From positions 6,063,078 through 6,127,077 of the forward strand of contig MU054001.1 in NCBI GenBank assembly GCA_013239625.1: 64,000 nucleotides of DNA, given 5' to 3'. Origin of the DNA: Lama guanicoe. Its lineage: Eukaryota. Position numbers and translations under genes: made by a program. Every line of letters begins with the position of its first letter. Positions within the stretch are counted from its first letter, which is position 1. The notes under the pieces are model-generated. The model was not told the DNA's origin and made no database searches. It saw only the letters and a list, made by a program, of their open reading frames with translations. This document shows positions 35,574 to 48,558 of this stretch, piece after piece.

Positions 35574-38500
35574 CAAACAAAACATTAAATACAAAACAGA
35601 AATAGACTCACAGACATAGAATACAAACTTGTGGTTGCCAAGGGGGTGGGGGGTGGGAAGGAATAGACTGGGATTTCAAAATTGTAGAATAGATAAGCAA
35701 GATTATACTGTATAGCACAGGGAAATATATACAAGATCTTATGGTAGCTCACAGAGAAAAACATGTGACAATGAATATATATATATATGTTCATGTATAA
35801 CTGAAAAATTGTTTTCTACACTGGAATTTGACACATTGTAAAATGACTATAAATCAATAAAAAAATGTTAAAAAAATAAAAAATAAAAAAATAAAAAATA
35901 AAAAAATAAAAAATAAATGGGTCCATGATGACATCAAAGAAGAAATTTAAAAATACTTTGAGACAAATGACTATGGAAACACAACCACATGAAATCTATG
36001 GGATGCAGCAAAAGCAGTCCTAAGAGGGAAGTTCAAAGCAATACAGGCCGGCCTTTCTCAGAAAAGAACAATCACAGATAAACAACCTAACCTACCATCT
36101 AAAAGAATTAGAAAAGGAAGAACAAACAAAATCCAAAGTCAGTAGAAGGAAAGAAATAATCAAGTTCAAGGAGGAAATAAATAAAATAAAGATTTAAAAA
36201 AAAATAGAAAAAATTAATCAAACCAAGAGCTGGTTTTTTGAAAAAGTAAACCAAATTGACAAACCTCTGGCCAGACTCACCAAGAAGAAAAGAGAGAGCA
36301 CACAAATAAATAAAATAAGAAATGCAAATGGTGAGATTACAACCAACACCACAGAAGTACAAAAATCATAAGGGAATACTATGAAGAACTATATGGCAAT
36401 AAATTGGACAACTTAGGAGAAACGGATAAGTTTCTAGAAACATACAGCCCACCAAAACTGAATCAAGAAAAAATAGATCATTTGAACAGACCAATCACTA
36501 GAAGTAAAACAGAATCAGCAATAAAAAGAAAACCTCCCTGCAAACAACAGTCCAGGACCAGATGACTTCATTGGGGAATTCTATCAAACATACATGGATG
36601 TTCCTGGAGAATGTCATTCTAAGTGAAGTAAGCCAGAAAGAGAAAGGAAAATACCATATGATATCTTTCATATGTGGAATCTGAAAAAAAAAAAAAGACA
36701 AGCAAACTTATTTACAAAACAAACTCTCAGATATAGAAAACAAACTTATGGTTACTGGGGGAAAGGGAAGGAGGTGAGAAGGGATAAATTGGTAGTACGA
36801 GATTTGTAGACACAACAAGATATATTATATATATTTTATATATTTTTTAATATTTTATATATAAAATAGATAAACAACAAGTTTATACTGTATAGCACAA
36901 GGAACTATATTCAATATCTTGTAACTTATGGTGAAAAAGAATACAAAAACAGTATATGTATGTTCATATATGACTGAAGCATTGTGCTGTACACCAGAAA
37001 TTGACACAACATTGTAAACTGACTATACTTCAATAAATATATATATATATATATTAAAAAAAGAAATCAATGAAATTGAAAACAGGAAATCAATAAAGAA
37101 AATCAACAAATCTAAAGCTGGTTCTTTGAAAAGATTAACAAAATCAATAAGTCTTTATCTAGGCTAGCTGAAAAAAAAAGAAAACATATAAGTTACTGAT
37201 AACAGAAATGAAGAAAGATATTACTATAGATCCTATGGACAAAGGATAATAAAGGAATATTATGATCAGTCCTAAGACCTTAAATTTGATATCCTAGATG
37301 AAATGGATCAATTTCTTGAAAGACACAAGCTGTAAAAACAAAACAAAATAAAGCAAAACAAAAAACTCACACACACAAAAAGACAATCTAAATATACCTA
37401 TATGTATTAAAGAAATTGAGTGAATAATTAACAAAATTCCAACACAGAATGCACCAGGCCAAGATGAGCTCTAGAAATATTAAAGGGAAAAATTATATTA
37501 ATTTTCTATAGTTTCTTCCAGATTGAAGTAGACAAAATACTTCCTAACCCATTCTATGAAGCCAGTACTACCCTAATACTAAAACCAGACAAAGATTATA
37601 AGAAAACTACAAATAAATATCTCCCATAGTCATAGATGCAAAAATCTTCAACAAAACATTAGCAAATTGAATCCAACAATACATAAAAAGATTTATACAC
37701 CACAAACAAGTGGAATTTACCCCAGGTATGCTGGAAACTGGAAACTGATTAATGTAATCCAGTTTAATTACATAATTATATAAATAGATGCAGAAAATGC
37801 ACTTGACAAAATTCAATATCCATTCATAATGAAAACTCCCAGTAAACTAGGAATAGAGAGGAGCTTCTTCAGCTGGATAACGAACATCTACGAAAACCTA
37901 CAGCTAACATTATACTTAATGGTGATAAACTAGAAGCTCTCCCACTAAAATAAAAAATAATTTCCCCTTTCACCATTCTCTTTCAACATCATACTGGAAG
38001 TCCTAGCTAACACAACAAAGACAAGAAAGAAGATAAAAGGTATACTGATTTGTAAGGAGGAAGTAAAACTCTTTATTCATGGAAAACATAATCATCTATG
38101 ATTATTTGTAGAGATAGTTGATAAAAAAAAAACCTGGATGTAATAAGCAATTATAGCAAGATTGCAGGAAACAAGGTCAATATGTGAAAGGCAATCACTT
38201 TCTGATACACCAGCAATGAGTAAGAGGACTTTGAAATTAAAAATATGCTGTCATTTATATTAACTCTCCCCCAAATGAAGTATTTAGAGATACATCTAAC
38301 AAAACATGTACAAGATCTATATAAGGAAAACTATAAACTCTGATGGAAGAAATCAAAGAACTAAGTAAATGGAGAGATATTCCATGTTCATGGATAGGAA
38401 AACTCAGTATTGTCAAGATGTCAGTTCTTCCCAACTTGCTTTATAGATTCAATGTAATCACAATCAAAACTCCATCAAGTTTTTTAAATATTGAGAAACT

Positions 38501-40189
38501 GATTCTAAAGTTTATTTGGAAAGGCAAAACAAAACAAAACAAACAAAAAAAAAAAACAAACCAGAATAACCAACACAATTTTGAAGGAGAAGAACAAAGT
38601 CATAGAACTGACACTACTTGACTTCAAGACTTACTGTAATGTTACAAAATCACAGTGTGGTATTAGTTTAAAAATAGACAAATAGATCAATGAAACAGAA
38701 TGGAGAGATCTGAAATGGAACCACATTCAACTGACGTTTGACAAAGGTATAAAGGCATTGAAGAAAAGATAGACTTTTCAATAAATGGTGCCTGAACAAA
38801 TGGACATCCACATGTTAAAAAAAAAGAAAAGAATCTAGACAACTTACACCCTTCATTAGACTTTATACCCATCACAAAAATTAACCCAAAATGGATCACA
38901 AACCTAAATGTAAAAAGCAAATCTATAGAACTCCTAGAGGATAGCATAAGATAAAGTCTAGATGACCTTGAGTTTGGAAATGAATTTTTGGATACAACAC
39001 CAAAGGCATGATCTGTGAAAGAAAAAATTGATAAGCTAGACTTCATTGTAATTAAAAACTTCTACTCTGCAGAAAACAACAACTGGAATATAAGAAGACA
39101 AGACTTAGACTGGGAGAAAATATTTGTAAAAGACATTTCTGATAAAGAACTGTTATTCAAACTGTAAAGAACACTTCAAACCCAACAATGAAAAAAAGAA
39201 CAATCCAATTTAAAAATGGGAAAAAAACCTGAACAAACACTTCACCAAAGAACTACAGATAGTAAATAAGCATATGAAAAGATGCTCCACATCATATGTC
39301 ATTAGGAAAATTCAAATTGAAACAATGAAATTCCACTGCACAACTCTATTAGAATAGCCAAAACCCAGAGCACTGAAATGCCAAATGGTAGAAGGATGCA
39401 GGACAACAGGAACTTCCATTCATTCCTTGGCGGACATTTTGGAAGTTTCTTATACCACTAAACATACTCTTACCATATGATATAGCAACTAAGCTCCTTG
39501 GTATTTACCCAAACGACTTGAAAACTTATGTCCACACAACTTGCACAAGGATGTTTATAGCAGTTTTATTCATAATTGCCAAAACTTGAAAGCAACTAAG
39601 ATGTCCTTCTGGAGGTGAGTGAATGAATAAACTGTAATACATTCAGACAACTAAATATTAAAAAGAAATGAGCTATCAAGCCATGAAAAGACATGAAGAA
39701 CTCTTGAATACATATCACTAAATGAAAAGGGGCCTATCTGAAAAGTCCACATACTGCATGATTCCAACTATATGACCCTCTGGAAAAGGTAAAACTATAA
39801 AGACAGTAAAAAGATCAGTGCTGAGGGATGGGAGTTAGATGAATAGGCAGAGCACAGAGAATTTTTAGGGCAGTGAAATCACTCTGGATGATACTGTAAT
39901 GGTGGCTACATGTCATACATTTGTTAAACCCATAGAATGTTCAGCATCAAAATGAACCCTAATGTAAACTATGGTGTTTAGATGATAATGTGCCAATGCA
40001 GTTCCATCAGTTTTAACAAATATGCCATTCTCTTGCAATATTTTAATATTGGGGAAGGCTGTGCCTATATGGGGACAGGCTATATATGGGGAATCTGTGC
40101 ACGTTCCACTTAATTATGCTCTGAATCTAGAACTATTCTAAAAATTAAAACCTAGTTTAAAAAAGAAATGTTATCCTATATTAATTTTT

Positions 40190-40795
40190 ACCAAGGATGA
40201 ATTTACATTGACACATCATAATCACCCGTGTCCATGGTTCACTCTTGGTGTTGTACATTCTATGGGTTTGAACAAATGACGTATACCTATTATTATGATA
40301 TCATACAGAGTATTTTCATTACCCTAGAAATCCTCTGTTCCCTGCCTATTCACCTAACTCCTGCCTCTCCCAACCGAGCATTGATCTTTTTAATGTCTCC
40401 ATAGTTTTACCTTTTCCAGAAGGTCATATTGTTGGAATCAAAAAGTATATAGACTTCTCAGATTAGCCTCTTGTCACTTAGTGATATGCATTTAAGACTC
40501 CTTTATGTCTTTTTATGGCTTGATAGCTCATTTCTTTTCAGCATTGAATAACATTCCATTATCTGGATGGACCACAATTTATTTATCCACTCACCCACTG
40601 AAGGACATCTTGGTTGCTTCCAAGTTTTGGTTGTTGTGAATAAAGCTACTATAATCATCCATGTGCAGGTTTTTGTGTGGACGTTAGTTTTCAACTCTAG
40701 GGTAAATACCAAGAAGCATAACTGCTATATCCTATAGAAAGAGTATACTGAGTTTCATAAGAAACAGCCAAACTGTCCTCCAAAGTGACTGTATG
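40190..40795 (-). mobile_element. L1MC-like 3' fragment, tail-to-tail with the outer L1MC
   Basis: Reverse complement resembles 39440-40010 (CATTCTATGGGTTTGAACAAATG versus CATTTGTTAAACCCATAGAATG); minus-strand TKTCTWMIIVALFTTTKTWKQPRCPS. Confidence 0.85.
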
Positions 40796-43388
40796 TACCC
40801 TGTTTCTCTTCTTCCATGTCATTTACCATATTCACAATGATGATATGTTTATTTCTGTGTTTATTTAATATCTATCTCCCTAACTCTGTAAGGAAAGACA
40901 CTCTAACTTTTTGTTCATCACTCTATTTCAATTGGGTAGCACAGTGCTTAGCACACAAAATCTACTCAAAGACTATTTGCTGGGGGAAAAACAGTGATTT
41001 TATAGCAACGTAACACTACAATCTACAAATGTCTTAGGGAGTTAGTCTGGGTATGGAATAGAAAGCAGAAATCAGGAAAATACAAATTTCCACCCATCTT
41101 CCTACATTATCATTTCATAACCATGGGTTCTTGTGTTCAAGACAAATCTTTTCTACAGAGGCAAACCAAGAAAAGCCACTTTCTCTGTTCTCTTGACTTC
41201 ATAATCCAGTATCAGTTCTTCATCTATGAAAGGAATACATCTTCTCTGCCTAATATCTGGGGTCATGCTAGCAGATTTCTCAAGAGATATTCCTGTCGTC
41301 GACTATAACTGTATAATTCTCTGTCCAGAAGGCTGGTTTTCCTACTGGCAATTTGTAATGAAGTAACTTACTACAGAGGCTAATTGCACAGAAAATGTGA
41401 TTCGCGGACCATCAAGTTTTTTTCCCTCTCATGTTTCTGCTATTAGGCCACCATAAATGCTTGGCTTAAAAATGTCCTTAAAATATTGGGAAGGAAAACA
41501 AGGGGAAATCTAATCCCCGAAACACCCATAATCTGGATCATTCGCTGTGTAAAAGGGGGAGTTGGGTGTTGCCCAGAGAGAGCGTGCGCACTAATTGGAG
41601 CCATCGCCACGCTGCCTGACAAGTGAAACAAACCATCTCTCTCCTAGCAATTCCCGCCCCATAGCAGGAGAGACATGGGAGCTAGACAGACCTCCTCCTT
41701 AGATTCATAAAACAGCAGAGCTAGAGGGGACGTCACAGTCCTCCATCCACGCACAAATGTTCACATTTGCAGAAGAAAGACTGGGAGCTGAGAACTTGAA
41801 CTCCGGTGTCCATACTGGTAATTCAGAGTCCCCTTAGGGCAGCACTGCCACAGCTGCAGATAATAAAGGGTTAGAGCTGATTTTGCATAATGTTTCTTTA
41901 CTGCCTCCCATTCTCAAGTTTGCCCCATCAGCAGTGACAGTCAGGGTGTATCTGATCATGATGCTGTCATCAGGATGTCAGGGGAAAGCTTCGACCCACA
42001 CCCACCCAGAAGGCCTGACATTTGAAACTTGCTTTGGATCAAATCAGAGAGTCTGAGGTGCTCCATTTTTAAACTACACACCTACACTGTATCCTGAGTC
42101 AGCAAGATCTCTCTCTCTCATACTCCAGGATGAACTGTTTCCCTTCCAAATGAGCGAAGGCACAGACCGTATTTGGTCACAGATCTCCTCCATCGTGACA
42201 TATTCAGTGGAGAGACCAACTCCTCTCCTCTATAACCTTAAGACTCTGACTAGATGCAGGGCCCAGGGCAAGTGTCTCTCTCCTATCACCACATCCATCC
42301 AGTGGGATGATAGCAACTGACCTGGTCTCACACTCAGAGAGAGAGAACAGCCAAAGAAAAGACATTTCTTTCTTTTTCTTTTTCTTCTGGGCAAATAGAG
42401 TCAGGCGCTGGAGCAAGGGAGGAGTGGCTGGAGCATGGGGGAATAAATATCAGAATAACTTCTCTCCTGAGATCTCATTCAGTTTGCAGATAATTCTGAT
42501 ACAAAGTCATTTAAAATCATTTAAAACTATTGAAGTTCCAAAAATATGGTTTGGGAATCATTGCCCCAAAATGTTCCTGACCAAAGGACCACAGGTCTAA
42601 GAGCCTAGAGGTGAAAAGTGGCTGATGAACCATTCTCTCCTCTTTCCTTCCATTCCTCCCTCCCTCCCGCCCCCTACACATACCAAGTGATTAGCATAGT
42701 ACATTACAACCTGGGAAATGGCTGCTCCATTGAAGAAATCTGTTTTCTCCGAAGAAATATATTAAGATGTATGGGCCATTCCAAAGGAAAAAAGATATTC
42801 TAAACTAAGCACAGTGTGGTCAACATGAATTCAATTCTACCTGCCAGGGTCACTGTTCATAGACAGACAACTAGGATCCTTTATTCTGCTACATAAACAG
42901 TGACTTCTCATCAGATTTCCTGCTGCTGATTTGTGAAAAACATTGCCTGAGCTACCAGCAGGGCTGCTAATTGAAGAGCTGAGCAGGTTTTTCCCTAAAA
43001 GTCAGGATGACATGGTGAAGCTGGGCACATTGCCTCTGCTCCCCAAGCATTTTTTGGAAAGTGTGCTGTTCTTCACATAAATTAAACTTGCAAGGCACAG
43101 CAGACAGAAGGCTGAAGGTCAAGTGATAAATTCCAAGTGCTAAGACATGCTTTACTAACTAAACTTCTGTATTCCACAGTGCCTCTGCTTAAATGAGGCA
43201 GAGCTCCAGGACAAAAGAGCAGAGAGACTCACAAACTCAGAAAGAGCTGAAGAATTTGGGTCAGGATTGAGGGAAGGATGTTTCCTGGCTGGGAACTAGT
43301 CACTATTTGTTGAACATTTACAATGTGCCAGATAGACAGACAGATGTTGGATGGATAGATATTTAATTTCACACAGTAATGCGTATAC

Positions 43389-43395
<7 letters not shown>

Positions 43396-43436
<41 letters not shown>
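43396..43436. repeat. (TG)~20 microsatellite
   Basis: Perfect TG run flanked by TA/CA-rich sequence. Confidence 0.97.
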
Positions 43437-43439
<3 letters not shown>

Positions 43440-43512
43440 CTGTGTATGTGTATATATACACATTTCCCTTACTAATAAAAAAAAAGTCAAAGCTCAGAAA
43501 AGTTTAATAAGT

Positions 43513-43940
43513 GTATTGGTTTGTCTCCAAATTAGAACCTGAAGCAAAGACTTGAGTGCAGGTAATTTATTTCAAGGTGATTCTAGTAAATGGGAGTGAG
43601 GGAGAGGGGAAAGCGATTCAAGGAAGGAGGGTAGAGCTAGCACAAAGCATGTTATTGAGCCAGTTTCTGCTGCAGGCAACTGGGTTCAATCCTGCTGGAG
43701 AGTCTTTGAGTTGCTATGTAGAAGGTGCATCAGTATCGTGCATTCAAAGGATGGGCATTAATCCCCTGCACTTCCGGGCTGTACCTACTTGTGAGCTGAG
43801 AGGGGGCCCCCAGCTTTGGAGGAGACCCTCAAGGCAAGGAAGCTGATAGATTGATTCAGCTGGCCTTTGAGGGAAATGCTGTCTGTGTGTATAGATCTGA
43901 CCACCAGAATTAGAGCTGAAATCATATGTGGGCCAAGTGG
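43513..43940 (-). mobile_element. ERVL LTR16/LTR33-like solo LTR, degraded
   Basis: AGAACCTGAAGCAAAGACTTGAGTGCAGGTAATTTATTT is a minus-strand LTR16-type 3' end. Confidence 0.55.
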
Positions 43941-44376
43941 ACGTGATGTGGATACCCTGTCCTTCTTAGGCATCCATCCCAAGTCCCTTGCTCTTGGGTA
44001 GATGAAAGTCTTTTGCTGATGACAACTTAACATTTTCCCCATGCCAGGAGTTCTTGAGTTTTAGGAGAGGATTCTGGAACAGCTCTTTTGAGGTACCCTT
44101 AGTACACAGCAATTCATCAATAAGATATTCTGCTAGACCAGGATGAATGACAGAAGGTCACAGTGTTAATGTCTCCACCAGATGGTGAATTAGACTTAAA
44201 TGTTAAAGGAAATTCCAACTCCAGGACTCTACCCCACTATTTCATGGGGTAAATTCCTCTTTATACTTGTGTGTACATATATGAATGTTGACTTATCTGG
44301 GAACAAACTACAGTGTTCAACTTGTTTTTCATCCAACAATATACCTTACAGATTGCCCTAAGTCAATTTGATACAC

Positions 44377-44728
44377 TGTAACAAATGCACCATAGATTAG
44401 GCAGCTTAAGCAACAAACATTAATTTCTCACAGTTCTGGAGACCGGGAAGTTCAAGATCAAGGTGCCAGAAGATTCAGTGTCTGGTGAGAGCCCACTTCC
44501 AGGTTTGAAGATGGCTGTCTTCTCCTTGTATCTGCACATGGCAGAGGGCAGAGAGAAAGGAAACAAATTCTTTGGAATCTCTTCTTATAAGGGCATTAAT
44601 CCCATCATGTGGGCTCCACCCTCATGACCTAATTACCTCCCAAAACCCTCAACTCCAAACCATCACAGCGGGGATTAGATTTCAACATATGAAATCTAGG
44701 CAGACACAAACATTCAGTCCAAAACACA
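44377..44728 (-). mobile_element. MLT1A-like MaLR solo LTR inserted in an old L1ME-like fragment
   Basis: TTTCTCACAGTTCTGGAG...AAGATCAAGGTGCCAG...CCTCATGACCTAATTACCTCCC...CACAAACATTCAGTCC. Confidence 0.85.
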
Positions 44729-45211
44729 GATTAATCATTTTTTTGTATCAGTATGTATGTATTTTAACATTTGGTTACTATTTCACTATATAAATAGTGC
44801 ATGATTTATTTAACCACATCTTTCTTAAATTTACATTGTTTCTAATTTTTTTGCTTCATTAAACATGTTTTCACATTTATCACTTGTGAACTATATCTGT
44901 GGGATAAATTCCTAGTAATCGCTGGAGAAATTGGTATATGCATTGAAAGGGGTGGGTATTGCCATATTATCCTCCAAAGATGTCATACCAATTGATAAGC
45001 CCCACAAAAATGTATGAGTGTATATTTTATCACCTCCTCATCAAAAACATTTTCTCATCTGTTTTTTTGATCTTCGGGGAGACTTCTTTTTATTCTGACA
45101 GTTTTCTACTTGATAAATGTTAGAAATTACTATTCCCTGCACTGAAAAACCATAGAATATGACCTTCCCCCAGTATCTTCACACTATTTCTATTTGTTTC
45201 TACATCCACCA

Positions 45212-45620
45212 TTGCACTAATTAATTTTTGCTGCGTAACAAACAATCCCTAATATATCGGCTGAAAACAATAACCATTTATTAACTCATAGTTCAGCAGA
45301 CTGGCCATTTAAGATGTGCTCAGCTGGGTGGTTCTTCTATGCTGGGTGAGCTTGTTTATGTAGGCCATGCTAGGTTGACTCATCTCTGCTCCATGTGGTC
45401 TCTCATCCTCCTGGGGACTACCTTGGGCTTGTCCTCATGGAAGCTAGCAGGGTTCCAAAAGACACAGTGGAAGCATGCAGGATCTCTTGAGACTTAGGCT
45501 TAGAGCTAGCACAATGTCAGTTCCATCACATTCTATTTGTTAAAGCAAGACTAAGGGCCAGGCAGACCCAGAGACATGGGAAAAGACCTTTACCATGGAT
45601 TACTGTACAGGAGAAGCTAC
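45212..45620 (-). mobile_element. Old MLT1 MaLR LTR
   Basis: TTGCTGCGTAACAAACAATCCC...CTCTGCTCCATGTGGTCTCTCATCCTCC...CACATTCTATTTG. Confidence 0.7.
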
Positions 45621-46529
45621 AAATTCTCAAATTTAGAATGAAGACATGCTTGATTATCTTGGGCAACTCTTTCATTTTACAAATGTGGAAATGAGATTCA
45701 AAGTGAGTGCATGACCGATTCAGAGTCACACAGCTTGTTAGTGAGTATATCCCATTGCCTGTAGTCAGCTGATCCAACTGGACGATATGGTAAAGGAATA
45801 AAACCAGTGAGACAACCCATGGAGGAGGACCAGATGAGTTATTAGTGTTGAAAATAACGAAAACCCATGGCTCATCTGCTTGCCCAGGGTAAGTCATCCC
45901 TGCCACATTCCCTCAGTAAGCCTACCTTTATTGAGAATTCAGTGATTTATACCACAAAGCCTGCAATTATAGGCATCTTTTAAAGCCCTCTTCAAGACTA
46001 ATGGCACCTGTATTGAAAACACTCTGCTATGAGCCAATTTTGGCTTTTCAAAACAGAAAAAAGACACAAGGGACAGTGATTTTCAGTAAAGTTGTCATTT
46101 TTCATTAATACACCAAGAAGAACGTGGCAGTTCATTGCATGCAGTTCATCTTTGTTCTTCTGTATACATTTTGATGAGCTTTCTGAAATTCCCTTGGTAA
46201 ATAGCAGATATTATGGGCTCTTTATTAAAACTTGGGAGCGACTATGCGTAAAATGAAATATGACTAGTTTCCAACAAGCCCAACATCACCGTTAATAGCC
46301 GTGTTTCTATAACACAGGTTACACTTACAGATTTTGCTGAGTTATATTTTTATACTTCACAGTTCCAATTTAAGATTAAAAAAAACTACCCATTAGGCAG
46401 AGTACATAATTCATAGCAAGAAACAACAAAGATTTTGCAGAACCTACAGCCTCAGCCATTTTTGTACACTTTTCAACCTCAGGGTTGAAAAGGAGTGTAT
46501 AAGCAGCTGACCATACGTTTTGCCTTCTT

Positions 46530-47150
46530 TTTAATTTAAAATTTTATGTATCACCCGAATTCTCATGGTAAAAATTAATACAATGTAGAAATAAGAATAA
46601 ATGTTAAAAGTGACCTTCAACCCTACATTCCACCCCCATCCACTTCAAATGGTTACCTACCAGATAACCACTATTTGTAATTTAGTATAGAACTTTCAAG
46701 GTATTTTTCTTAGTCTTCACATTTGTAATATAAACATATAAAAGTCCTTCCTGTTTTACAGAAATAGCATTCTCCTCTACATTTTTGTACCTAAATTTAC
46801 TTTTTATATGAATCGTATGTCCTAAAGACCTTTCCATACTGTTATATGTAGAAGTACATTATTTTTTTTACTGCTACATAGTATTTCATAGAAAGGAAGT
46901 ATTATAATTTGACTTTCTCCCTATTGATGGGCCTATAGTTTATTTTTGAATTTTTTTTATAATTACAAGTAATGCTGCATTGAATACTTGTGTGTGTATG
47001 TGTGTGTGAGAGTGTCTGTGTGCTAATGCTTGAGTATTTCTGTAGTATAAACCCTTCATATGGAATTTCTGGGTAAAGGGAATAGGCATGTTAACTCAAT
47101 AGATTTTGTCAAATTGTTCCAAAAAGGTTGTGTAAATTATGTTCTGTGTT
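46530..47150 (-). mobile_element. Ancient L1ME-like fragment
   Basis: CTGCTACATAGTATTTCATAG...CCTATTGATGGGC...GGAATTTCTGGGTAAAGGG minus-strand L1 3' pattern. Confidence 0.6.
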
Positions 47151-48558
47151 CAATGCAAACAAGGTGGGGCTCAGAAAGCCTTACAGTTGAATAGGTAAGG
47201 TTCATATCCACCACTTCCTAGGTGATGACTTGGGAAGTTACTTAAGCTCTTTGTGCCTCAGTTTACCTACTGCTAACATAGTGCCCATCTTTCAAAGGCC
47301 TTTGAGAGTTTTAAATCATAGGAATTGAAATGGAAATTCCTGGTCTACGACATGTATGCAGCTTTCCCCAAAAGTAGTAATTCAGTTTTGAATTAACCTC
47401 CCCCATCACTGGGGAGCTTGTTGCTAATACATATTTGAGGGCACCACCCCCAGAGATGTGACTAGGGTGACCTGAAATGTGGTCCAAAAGTTACACTTTT
47501 TAACAAATCTGTCAGGTGATTTTAGTGTAGTTAGCCTTTGGCCCACACTTTGAGAATCATCTCTTTTTTAGGTAAGTCCCCAGTTCCACTGATGACTTCT
47601 TCCTACTGAACAATATCCCAGTTAATACAAATAAATAGACCATTTCCCATCCTTATTCCTAGCTGTCAGGCTCTATCCTTTCCACCATGAAAGAACGAAT
47701 GAGTCAAGAGCAGGGATGGGCACATCTGGGCACATAATTTGTTAACCAGACCTTGGAACCTCATGCACTTTGAGAAATTCTTTTGTTTTGAGTTAGAGAA
47801 AATTTTACATAATAAGCTTATAATAATTGCTCTTGGAGAGAAATAGCCCTATGTTCAGCTAGAGGAAATGCCATATTTAATTAAATTGAAAATGCTAAGA
47901 AAGAAAAACATTGTCATTTATAATTGTTAAAATGTCTTCTATTGTAAGGAGCATTCCAATTTTGCAGACATTAAAATATGTAAAATATGAAAGAATCTCG
48001 GTCCTAAAGTTGATGAAATATAGAGATTTGTATAAGTTATTTGATGGGAAAGGAGGGAAACACCAAATCATGTGCAACTATGAAAGATGGTCCCCAAGCC
48101 ATTGTCTGAAGGAGAAAGTCCCACGGAGGTTATTCAGTTTGTTGAGTGCCTAGAAGGGTCTGGATACACAAGCTAGGGGGTAGGCTGAATTGCTTTGCTT
48201 GTTGGAGGACAGAGAAGTGGGAAATTCTGGGAGGAACACCAGAAGGAGGAAGAGAAGTGAGGATTCTGGGTACTGCAGGAAGGAAGAGCAAGGACCTTTA
48301 AACACACATACACTCACACCTATACTCACTCAAATATACCCAGTTCCTTGGGTGTGGGAAGTGCAATGATACCCTTTTCTCCGTCTTACCACATCTTTGG
48401 TGAATCTGGCACTGCTCATTTACACTCTTCATGAGAGTGGGTTCTTTGGGGATACTTACGTTTTATTTCTATTCCGGCAGTCAGCAAAGACAGAGACATC
48501 TCAAAATGGGCAAACTGAAGGATGAGGAAATAGCTGCCACTGATTATAAGCATTGTGT

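Larger units (their letters stand above)
32592..35908 (+). mobile_element. Young 5'-truncated LINE-1 (ORF2 linker, RT, C-domain, 3'UTR, patterned A-tail)
   Basis: [30 protein letters not shown] and RQGCPL RT motifs; (A5-7T)n tail; TSD AAAAAT(C/A)AATGGGTC at 32577-32591 and 35909-35923. Confidence 0.93.
28928..37063 (+). mobile_element. Intermediate-age LINE-1 with complete 5' end, deleted RT region and an internal younger L1
   Basis: Starts GGGGGTTGAGCCAAGATGGTGG; ORF1 ~30527-31389; EN domain to 32591; resumes 35924-36592, then jumps to the ORF2 end and 3'UTR; perfect TSD AAATCAATGAAATTG at 28913-28927 and 37064-37078. Confidence 0.93.
26554..40160 (+). mobile_element. Ancient L1MC-like LINE-1, outer host of three younger L1 insertions
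   Basis: 5' region 26554-26925, ORF1/EN relics to 28028, linker 28823-28927, ORF2 resumes at 37079 and runs to an L1MC-type 3'UTR (GAACCCTAATGTAAACTATGG); probable TSD AAAAGAAAT(T/G)TTA at 26541-26553 and 40161-40173. Confidence 0.85.

Noticed and set aside
28928..35908. Active full-length L1
   Set aside because: It is a chimera of two insertions with broken ORF1, frameshifted ORF2 and YADS in place of the catalytic (F/Y)ADD.
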